Source: Epithemia pelagica (taxonomy: Eukaryota > Protista > Bacillariophyta). Taken from it: 64,000 bases of DNA. The DNA is taken from assembly GCA_946965045.2 (NCBI GenBank), contig OX337239.1, positions 1,178,001 through 1,242,000 of the forward strand, written 5' to 3'. The first letter of the stretch is position 1, and every line of letters starts with the position of its first letter. Under the pieces are notes generated by a model. It was not told the origin of the DNA. It was given only the letters and a program-made list of their open reading frames with translations, and did no database searches. Shown here piece after piece: positions 10,301 through 19,041 of the stretch. Position numbers and translations under genes: made by a program.

Positions 10301-10613
10301 GCCTGAGTTTCAGAACAAGACGTGCTTCGAAATCTTGCACTCATCAACAGGAAAAGAGATTTTCGTGGAGGCAGACGAGGGGTCTCGGTACACATACACG
10401 GTGAGAAAGAACCATCCCGTTGTGGCGGAACTACGGGAAGCACAAGGCTTGACATCAACGTTGACTCGGAAAAGAACACGCCAAGGAGCCGGAGAAACGC
10501 AACCACGTAGACGAAGACGACAAAATGAGAATGAAGAGTCGGATGCATCAAATACAGACAATGAGAACAACGAAGATAACGACGAAGATGATGAAGAGTT
10601 TGAGGCAGTGTAG
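7326..10613 (+). CDS. piggyBac transposase, 1095 aa
   Basis: MAFDEGG, SMDNRYAAP, GGVDNGDQM catalytic motifs. Also KPQKFRVDFF, KWYKK...IDCMLLNSYI and a Cys-rich CAVC...CVKC...H tail. Clearly homologous to the element 1 transposase. Confidence 0.95.
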   Translation: MSSTSTNSAGETQTSQSAYSQSLLDSSQEANESSQASSRPVSVPTRRQPQQRNRFSYARRKLIAPHSFWLDRNFLNRFTATFPGRTVSAPLLLQGQIQACPTNKNGNVYVVFWNQADHPNLDPAWVCRHYPSTQYFKDLLKDYISAYDDCKRRQDSTGNTSTTNNNNAAPDSRRNQLSPTANNTQQTSTTLTQTDNTQPTLNQVTQTNNTQQLSMSSTRGNNRESETPLSHDSNEPDLPSPQDDDNSDNQDIPSTIERAQRRAQLRTAAAEDGSPALSNLTDNQPSQGITGNTPPTNPDSRPIRLFGSGSTVTNGESGTATENASMPSRRLRRRPNDTEDSSDSESDEDGADPDDDLEQDEQVPRPDNPLEDQNDSDDEDEEETEETPPPVPPPQQNTNAAQQNTNETNENNQPEQTIRQLMDALVFSYQETELSAEPTEWIGKDANHRSMYSGPDGLRNGVSDNFTNPYQCFQFVGGLSNSLIADMATATNVYFHEKIKPNLVSRRGYYHSQKWQNVTLEEMTRFLGIILMMSLRPVDGGGYGAYFQTTNRMYNVGAGQPAIEIKDSAGWASQYMKLARFRQIRGAFHFEESPSRRGGDKCHQLRKLITALNAASKRSFRIPKDMAFDEGGIGCRSRYCPVRQYNKDKPQKFRVDFFILSSSSTYAILHLDVYQGKNTSNAYIRPEAKQLPTTMKAVVNACYALGIHKLTDGYRHLSMDNRYAAPKLAVILRDRLRLFSTGTCRANRIGWNRTKLNLKRTKTNRGNCILFHDPVNGLIFGQWVDSKTVNFVSSYEDSGSGIVLRQVGSQKVEFVCPVPLIRYQMNMGGVDNGDQMRFQFGGFATHSHFKKWYKKSGFAVIDCMLLNSYIAWNLAAGNRPRSRKTKLSRHAFYTIIAQTMCSYVAPQEVDALARRTRNNNESTCNDGHYPVAVESNKQVGCAVCMLEYRWKKQELKMGGLFKNVGRCVKCGIAAHTVACQHKGEEGWKIHNRPEFQNKTCFEILHSSTGKEIFVEADEGSRYTYTVRKNHPVVAELREAQGLTSTLTRKRTRQGAGETQPRRRRRQNENEESDASNTDNENNEDNDEDDEEFEAV

Positions 10614-10696
10614 TAAAAAACAGATCAACATATCAAATTGACATTCTAAGCAATATTCAGTTACTACTACGAGGATGTATTGACTCCCTGTGTTGC

Positions 10697-11363
10697 CTAA
10701 TGGTCAGTAGGAGCAGGAATGAAACCAGTATAAGGGTCGTCTGTGTTTTCATTCGGGAAATTTTCACGGACAAAGTCCACTAGGCAAGGAGGTAGTTCAA
10801 CACGGTTGCCCTTCCCCAGTGTGCCATAGAGCTTGTTGGTAAGGCGGCGGTACAAATGGTAGCGTATGGAACGGTTAGGCTTACCAAGGCCCTTGAGGTG
10901 CGTCGCAATATCGTGCATGTAAGGGAGGTGCTCAACAACTTGGCACGGGTTGAGTTTGCAAACGGGGCAAACATTCTCCCAAAACATGTATCCATGTTTA
11001 TTGCTAGAAGACTGTTGAGTATTGTTCAATTCATGAAGGATGCGGTCAATGCTTTCCATCGTCGCGTATTCTTCAGGAATAAAGCGGGTTTCAGTGCGTT
11101 CTTTGGCTTGGTGAACTACGTTGCCGTCCTGATTTGTTGTCATGACAAGAGACTTCTGCAGGGTAAAGGGCACAAACACTCCACTTGATGAACAGTTGTT
11201 GTCGGGGAGGTGGGTTTCTGCAATGTCGACAGATTCGCTGAATGCTAAAAGACAAAACAAAAATGAGGTGAGGATCATTTGCGCACCGTGAATGGGTGCG
11301 ATAACAACTTTTGGTATAATCGTTCCGTACAAACACACCTTCCATCATACCCGGGTCATCCAT
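10697..11363 (-). CDS. piggyBac element 2 accessory protein (~190 aa, 2 predicted exons), C-terminal P2X7-ballast-like Cys/His domain
   Basis: Exon 1 11363-11339 (MDDPGMME), GT-AG intron 11338-11245 (94 bp), exon 2 11244-10697 in frame. C-terminus CPVCKLNPC...PNRSIRYHLYRRLTNKLYGTLGKGNRVELPPCLVDFVRENFPNENTDDPYTGF. Confidence 0.82.
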
Positions 11364-11795
11364 GGTTGCGTTGTGGTTTGGTTTGACAATTCAATGACCC
11401 CAATGACATAGTGCAATGAGATCAGTCAATGCATTGGATACTACAGCGCGATGAAAGCAACAAAAATGATGCTGGCGGAGAGTTAAAACGATCTGTTTTC
11501 AAACACGGTTAAGGCGCGAGCAGTATAAGCGAGCATAACCACTAATCCCATAAATTTTATGCGAGTAGTAAATTGGTTGCTCGCTAGTGCTTAAAACGCG
11601 TTCCTTACGAATGGCGTTAATACATCACGTAGACCCTGGTACAAACCTACGGGGAACTGGCCGGCTCATTCGGAGTCGAATTTTAGAGATGAACATTCCA
11701 CGACACACGTGCCTTCAAATAAGTAGAAAAACTATTTAACGTCAAATATAACGACTAAGGACTGATAGATAAGCTTTTTTCCGCGCCTGCATGCT

Positions 11796-12059
11796 TTAGG
11801 CCAAATATCTGGTGAGTTGATTAAGCACTGAAGCACGACTGAGCATGGCACGCGCCAACAGATTACTTATGGAGGCTCTGCTAGCACCAAATTTTTTGGC
11901 GACTTGTGCAATGGCACCATGGGAAAGTCTGCCATTTTTAGCCAGCGCCAGCAGAAGCACTATGGCACGTCCACGGTCTTGTGGATGCATATCCCTCCTC
12001 TATGGACCCCTCTGGGCCTCCCCTAAATGGGCCGGGTCTTGAGAAGGGTCAGGGGGCAT
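11796..12059 (-). pseudogene. Mariner transposase N-terminal HTH fragment
   Basis: MPPDPSQDPAHLGEAQRGP*RRDMHPQDRGRAIVLLLALAKNGRLSHGAIAQVAKKFGASRASISNLLARA resembles the N-terminal HTH of plant/oomycete-type mariners. In-frame stop; no DDD domain downstream. Confidence 0.7.
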
Positions 12060-12708
12060 GAACCGGTACGGCAAAGTTAGACATTTATTTTTGCTACGCT
12101 TTAGTTCCCTCTCATGGCCCCAAAAATGAGAGATGGAACATATAAATTATACATGAAAATGTAGATCTTGGAAAGACCGACCGATCTATATAATTTTTAG
12201 TACAAACGGAGATATGCCCATGAAGTTACAGTATTTTTTTGCAATTCGCTACACAATTTCGGTCCAGAGGGAGTATGACCTATGATGTATTCTTCTCTCG
12301 ATTGACCATGGTATTTGGAAAAGCAATTGATTTCCGTCTGACGTGACAGGATTGAGATAGTGACTGACATTCCATCTCCTTAGGTGCTCCCATTTCATAG
12401 AAAATCACTTATGCTGTCAAGACAGGTATTCACTTCGTCCCAAAGTTCCGCTCTTTCATGTTTCGTTCAGCTGGCGACAACTTGTTCCAACAGATGGTAT
12501 GATGCTGTCGGTAGTCGATTCGCAACAATGATCTCCCTCGAAAAGGGCCTATGATCCTACGTATTTGGATCATTCTGAGCATCATCCTATACAACAATAA
12601 TCTGAAATTACTCGTCTTTTGGTCATAACCTTCATGTGTCAAGGCCTTGCTACGTCGTACAGAGCAACACTTCCATTGCAGGAGTCTGTTTGCTCTTCTT
12701 TATTTCTT

Positions 12709-14037
12709 CTATCCCTTGTAGGGTTGCAAATAGCAACTGGCCAGAAAGAAGAACAAGTTTTGAATCGAATACATGAGCAGTGGTTCCCATCGTTGTCCCT
12801 TGACAAAGCTGGGCATACCGGCATAGAGGACCAGGGATCCTACGGCCCAAATACCAAAGCCCAAGGCAAAGGCCACCTTGCGATGTCCTTTGCCACTAAT
12901 GCCTCCACCACCACCAAAATTCAAACCCATGCCACCTCGTTCCCGTTCTTCTTCGGGCATGCCGCGATAAATTAATTGGGCGACACAGATCAACCAATTG
13001 AATTTGCCCATGTAGGGAATCACGGGTGGCAATCCCAAACCCAACACCGTCAAAAAACCCCACAATTTGCTTTGATATTGCAAGTGTTTTTCGTCTGGTT
13101 TCACGACCAGCCCCTGCGTCCATTGTGGAGGCGTCCAGGCCTCATTCATGGCCTTTTTGCGAGCCTCTTCGTCCGCCAATTCGTCACTGTATCACGTAGT
13201 GAGGCATTGTCATGAGAAAAGAAAGTGTTAGAATGCGACTCGCATGGGTTATACACAATGTGCCGTTCCAGAAACTCAACCCCCACACCAGAGAACACTC
13301 CACCGCCAGACATTCTTTAATTCGGGAAGAGACGAGCTCGACGGCATGTCAAGGAACGACATGTCGAGCCCAAGAAACAAATATCCAAAGCGATCATACG
13401 AGTATCTGCAACACAACTACAATCACCACCACCTCCACCCTCACAAGAGCACAGAGAAACCACGAACGCTTCAAAGCGTTGTCGCTCATGAATTCGCGTC
13501 CCACAATTCTAAAACGTACCCTTGACTGGATTCATAGTTGGATTGCGCTCGCGCCTCCTTGGTCAAGAGCTGTGTGTTCGCAATTCGCTCTTGCAATCGC
13601 AACTGCAAGATCTGATCCTTGGCCATTTCAATCTTGACCTTTTGTTTCAAGTCGGAACCAGCAGCAGCAATCAAGTTGTTGGTCGCCGCCACAATGTCTT
13701 CGTAACTGGCATCTTCCACAATGCCCAATTGTCGGTACAACGCATTTCGTTCCTTCTGCAATTGCCGCGCTTGACGAGCCTGCTCCTTCTGCACATTCCA
13801 GGGCAATTGTCGAAACAAGTTGGTGATGGGATTGCTGGATGATTTACTTCCGTTCAAGCCATTGACCGTCGACGAAGCCGCCAACCGAGGACAGAACAGC
13901 GACGACTTTCTGGCTGGAATAGAAATCGAAGGGGACGACGGTGAAAAGGCGTTGGCAGACAACAACCAACTCGAAAAAAGGCCAGCCAAAAGGACCAATC
14001 TTTGAAATACCGTGTTGTAACTTTTGGCATACATCAT
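12709..14037 (-). CDS. Plastid CPP1-like (chaperone-like protein of POR1, J-like domain) membrane protein, 2 exons
   Basis: Signal peptide plus ANAF-SPS motif. J-like segment LYRQLGIVEDASYEDIVAATNNL...KVKIEMAKDQILQLRLQER. Intron 13519-13187 joins SQG|DELADEE in frame. C-terminal TM helices. Confidence 0.75.
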
Positions 14038-14752
14038 GTTCCAGAGTTTGTACGTATGTTTGGATTCGATGGACAAGTTCTAGTTGTCAATAAAGAGTCC
14101 TTTGGTGTAGACGTTGAACCGCAAACTTGTACACTTCTTGGTGTTTTGAGAATGAGAGACGTCTTATGGGATCCAACCAAAGCTTCGTGGTGGTTGATCT
14201 TTTGTTGTTGTCTTGTCGAAAATTGCTGAAAACAATCAGCTTCGATGGGGATGGAGTGAGAGGCGAAAGGTTGAAGTGCCTTCTTGTCAACAAAAATGAG
14301 ATAATGTTCCACCTGGAAGACCTACTAATGGCCACTGACGCATCGTTTGCCCCTGCAGGTGGAGCGTTCCTCTTCCGAATCATTACCAAAAGTCACTCTC
14401 CGCCCCACCACACGGGCAGATGATGATTGGATCGCATGTAGATCGCCCTGAAACAAGCTCAGAACCTGATAGTCGACCACCCCACATTAAGCGCCTCTTC
14501 AACACCTTCAACTCATCATCGCTATCCAACAGGGAGATAGATACAGATACAGGGGAGGGAAGAAGCCAAGCAAAGACATATCGGCTTCACAGGTCAACAA
14601 GACGGAAACGAGATTGCGCGAAACGACAATCGAATAGCCGGCGTTGGACCAAAATCCAGTCCAATCTGCAAAACTAAAGCACACCTTCGCCACTTACACA
14701 GCACTCGTTCTACCTCTACAAAAGCAACAACTTAACACTAAACAGAACCATC

Positions 14753-16957
14753 ATGGCACCGCAGGACAAGGATCCGCAAGAAGACGAAGACGAGGAAAAC
14801 GAAGAGGAAGAAGAGCAGGAAGAGGAGGAGAAGGAAGAAGTAACCGATCTTTCCAATAGGTGAGTTCAGAATGATCAAGAAAGATAGCCAATCGCTTGTC
14901 GATGGTTCGTCCTTCAGTCTGCTCATTTCTTTCTTGCCTTGATTCCGTCATTATCCGTTGTCGCCTCTCTTTCCGATTGTGTGCTTTTCCTACAACCACC
15001 ACCACCAATTCAAACTCATGTATCTTTCTCATATGTATACTACCATCGATTCCGATACTACAGTGATGTTTGTACAAAATATCAAGAGGCGGCTAAAATT
15101 GTGAATTTAGCCTTGCAGGGATTGGTGGGACAATGCAAGGTCGGGGCCAAGGTTTTGGATTTGTGCGAGTTTGGTCATTCCGTTATTACCACAGCGGCCC
15201 AAAAATTGTTTACCAAGAAGAAGCCTGATGGCAGTGTAGTGGAACGTGGTGTTGCCTTTCCCGTGTGTATTTCCGTCAATGACGTCGTGTGCAATTACTC
15301 GCCACTGGCCCAAGAAGAGCGAGTAAGTTTCCTTTTGCGTTTAGAAAGAGTCATGAGAGTGTGCCAGCGACTGTTGCGTGATTGGTGAATGTTTTGATGC
15401 GTTGTCATGGTGACTGTTTGGTCGTGCTCCTTTACCAGGGAAACCAATAAGCAAACATTGTTTCCACATTCGCCGCACTGGAACGTCCACTACGGATCAC
15501 GACAATGGTTTCGAGCAACACTATTGCCCTGTCTTGGTCATTCCAAGTGTTTCCCGATTGTATGCAATTCAACAGTCTCTCGTTTCACGACGGGATTGGG
15601 TATACCTTGACGGAAATGCAGACCACATTGGAAACGATAGGAAGAAGAAAAGCACAGGCGCAAAGATCCGGCGTGTAACGGTTGTTCGTCTTTGTCGAGA
15701 AAGTTGAACGTGTATCCCACGGACCTTTTTCCAAAATGGACAATTGCGTTAGTGTATCTTTGTTGCTTGTGTATGAATCATAATGTTTTGGGATGGCATT
15801 CAACGAATCGTCGCTGGTGCGATGTTTGTTTTGGGACCCTCTGTGCTCATGGTCTCGTGCCTCTCCGGAAACGGCGATGGTTCAACAATCGTCATTTGTG
15901 TCTTGATTGTCAATGTGTCTTGCTTCTTTATAAGTTTCTCACTTTTCCTCATATGCTGCGCATTGCTGTGTGTTGCTCTTGCTACGCCCTTTCTTCTCTG
16001 GGTAAACCCACTGCAAACTTGCCATGGATTTAACATCTGTGCACATTCTCTGTACCCAACACCAAATGACAGGAACCACTCAAGGCGGGAGATATTGTCA
16101 AGATGGATTTGGGATGTCACATTGACGGCTACATTTCGGTAGCGGCGCATACAGTCATTGTCCCACCGGAACCCCAAGCCGAGGGAGAAGAAGTAAAGGT
16201 GGATGTAGACGAAGAAATGGGGACGGTTGCCGTGGCGGCCTACAATACCATGTTGGTGGCGGCCAAAACGATTGCCACAGGTGCTAAAAATACCGATGTA
16301 ACCAAGGCGGTCGAACGTGTGGCGGCATCGTATGGTGTCAAACCCATTACCTCGGCTCGAATGCATCAAATGAAGCGATATGTATTGGATGGGATCAAAG
16401 AAATCGCTTTGAAAACACCCACGACAGAAGAAACGGATCGAGGAGAGGCCCTGCCGGAATGTGAATTTGAAGCCAATGAAGTGTACGCCGTTGACGTTGC
16501 CCTTAGTGCTGGTGATGGGAACGCCCGTCCTCAAGATTTGCGGGTCACTGTATACAAGCGCAATGTGGAAACCCAATACTTGCTCAAAATGAAAGCCTCC
16601 CGGTCATTGTTGGGTGAAGTGGACAAGAAATTTCCTACCTTGCCATTTACCTTGCGGCATCTGGACGACGTCCGACAAGCTCGATTGGGTTTGAACGAAT
16701 GTGTCACGCATGGGTTGTTGCAGCCCTATCCCTGTTTGCACGACCACTCGGGTAAGGTGGCTCATTTCAAATGCACCGTCCTCTTGTTGCCTTCGGGCAC
16801 GACAAGAATTACCGGATTGGAGCTTCCACCATATTTTGTAACCACCAAAGAGCCCGATGAAGAAACAGCGCGTATTTTGAAGGAATTGGAAGAAGAAGCT
16901 GCCAAAAAGGCAGCTCGCAAAGCGGCAAAGAAAAACAAGAAGAAGAAAAAGACTTGA
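14753..16957 (+). CDS. PA2G4: Proliferation-associated protein 2G4 / EBP1 (M24 fold, ribosome-associated), 3 exons
   Basis: Exons 14753-14859, 15064-15322 and 16073-16957. Motifs KYQEAAKIVN, GVAFPVCISVNDVVCNYSP, GDIVKMDLGCHIDGYISVAAHT, EVYAVDV, LKMKASR, FPTLPFTLR; Lys-rich tail. Confidence 0.93.
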
Positions 16958-17970
16958 ACAAGATGAAAATGACTAGGAAACGCGACAGATACCTTTGTAC
17001 GACTTCCTCTTTCCATTAGTAACATGATTCTCGAATTAGAACAATGGCATACGCAGAAAGCAAGTTAGGCAGGTTGGGTCAACCCATTTTGCTGTTATTC
17101 CCGTCTCCTAGGAGTAGGACCTATACCGGTAACTAGGAGTACCTTTGTTACTCTACCTACCTACATAGTAAATGATAGGTAGATGCCCTGTCGCAGATAA
17201 AGCCTGTCCGTCGTACGCATATAGGAGTGTTCGTCTGAGTTCAGTATGAACGGGACGGGTGGGCCGGAAGGCTTGGGGTCTGGGGTGGGAATTTCCAGAA
17301 AGACCAGCTGTTCCGAAAACGGACGGACACTAGAGTAAAAAGTACAATTGAGCAAACATGGCGGTTGATAAAACGGTTAAATATATATGGCAATGACATA
17401 GCAATGAATATTTTAATGGTCAGTCATGGTATGATTTGGAGGTGCACCTCCAACCGCGTAAAATGTGAGTGGGGACTTACCCTTGACGAATCTCTACAAG
17501 TAATGTAAGACGCCCAACCGTTCTGGAATGACTGAAACAAGACTTTTTGTTTGAAAGCTCGTAGGAACAGGTAGCAAGACGTTAGAGAGAATTGCTGTGT
17601 TCGATAACGGGCATGAATCGCTACAACGGCAGAGTTAAATTCATATTATCATCATACAGCAACAAAGAATTATAAATTGACTAGGAAAGCATATATTATG
17701 AATTTTGTTTTTCTTCGTTCGTTCTGCTGACCAGGATGCATGTGGTATTGATAATAGCATATTGGTATACGATAAAAGCAGAAGCCCTTATATCTCTCGA
17801 TTGGCACTCATATTGTATTTCAGTACACATATCACAATCGCTCAATTCTCAGGGGTCGTTTCTTCGGACTCCTTCTCGTCGACTTTGTTGTCTTGGAGCC
17901 TACCAGTCGGGTATTTCCAGCGATTCACTGCACTTCTGGACTGGGATCTGTAATCGACCTTATTTCGCCT

Positions 17971-18180
17971 AGAGTACTAGTATCGAGTACAGCCCTAATG
18001 TGAGAGTACGAGTATCGAGTACCTACTTCTGTACTCATACATGTTCGAGTACGAGTACCCAGCCACTCCTGACTGTACGAGTACGAGTATCAATGATTAC
18101 TCGTCCATCGAATGTATAGAGAGTACGAGTATCGAGTATTGTATATACTCGCAAGTATTCCACTATACTCGAGTATTACT
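17971..18180. repeat. GAGTAC/GAGTAT(C) low-complexity motif array
   Basis: Repeated GAGTACGAGTATCGAGTA-type units, reversing to TACTCG toward the right side. Confidence 0.7.
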
Positions 18181-18256
18181 TGCACGAATCCCGCTATGGT
18201 AGTCACGAGTCGTACTACGTGCTAGGCCGGCTAGTTTTTCATTTTAGCCGTGCCGA

Positions 18257-18420
18257 TTTGTCCCCACTTTTCCTGCTCTTTTTCCTTCACATGCAATTCG
18301 TCCCCACTTTTCTCGCTCTCTGCTTCATCCTATTTTGTCCTCACTTTTCCTGCTCTTTCCTTCACATGCACTTCGTCCCCACTTTTCTTTCTATCCTTTT
18401 CATCGCCATTTGTCCCCACC
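18257..18420. repeat. Pyrimidine-rich tandem repeat (~75-bp unit built of TTGTCCCCACTTTTC subunits)
   Basis: TTTGTCC(C/T)CACTTTTCCTGCTC...CCTTCACATGCA.TTCGTCCCCACTTTTCT occurs twice, plus a partial third copy. Confidence 0.75.
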
Positions 18421-18788
18421 TAGCCTGCTCCTTTTGTCACTCAGGGATCAGGGAATCTACGTACAAGCCACTTTTCACAACTAAACATCTACCTAAAATC
18501 CAAGTATATCGTCTTCTTCTTACAACATGATCCACCTCCTCTCATTTACAGCTAGGTTTACGTCCTCTTCATTGTTTTTGGTCTTGGGAGAAACCAGAGT
18601 GTTACAGGGCATAGCATTGTTCAATACATTGTTGCGACGAGGTCATGTGGACGTGAGTCTTTATTGACAATCCATGTCAAATGTCAAGGCAAGTTCTTCC
18701 ATGGAAGAGGTGGAGAGATCTTGGGTGGGGTATCGCAACTAAGTTTCCACTCAAGTTTGATTCCGCTGAAGAACCATCAAGGCCACCA

Positions 18789-19027
18789 TTTTGTGGGTCC
18801 ATCAAAGGAGCCGCCGATGTGCTTGGTGCTGTACTACTGGGAACTGGGTGTCGGGACAGGTAAGAGTGCCCTGCATGGTATCAGTGAATGGTGTTGGTTG
18901 GTCAGGTCTACAGTTGTTTTTGTTGGTCACCTTTTGTGGGTCCATCGAAGGAGCCGCCGATGTGCTTGTTGTACCACTGGGTACACAGGTACTCGTGTTG
19001 AGCGTGTCCTGCATGGTATCAGTGAAT
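18789..19027. repeat. ~140-bp imperfect direct duplication inside the Helentron
   Basis: TTTTGTGGGTCCATC.AAGGAGCCGCCGATGTGCTTG at 18789 and 18932; CTGCATGGTATCAGTGAAT at 18871 and 19009. Confidence 0.75.
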
Positions 19028-19041
19028 AATGGAGGAGTGCA

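Larger units (their letters stand above)
6971..11616 (+). mobile_element. piggyBac-superfamily DNA transposon, element 2 (4646 bp)
   Basis: TTAA at 6967-6970 and 11617-11620. Perfect 12-bp TIR CGCCATTCGTAA (6971-6982 / 11605-11616). Intact transposase plus accessory gene. Confidence 0.93.
6913..12273 (-). mobile_element. Tc1/mariner (Stowaway-like TIR) internally deleted element, ~711 bp net, interrupted by piggyBac element 2
   Basis: 27-bp TIRs CTCCCTCTGGACCG(T/A)AATTGTGTAGCG at 6913-6939 and 12247-12273 (one mismatch). TA duplication at 6911-6912 and 12274-12275. Transposase N-terminal fragment at 11796-12059. Confidence 0.9.

Noticed and set aside
18664-19029. ORF in frame with the helicase as a possible Rep domain
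   Set aside because: No HUH or tyrosine motifs, and it spans the 140-bp duplication.
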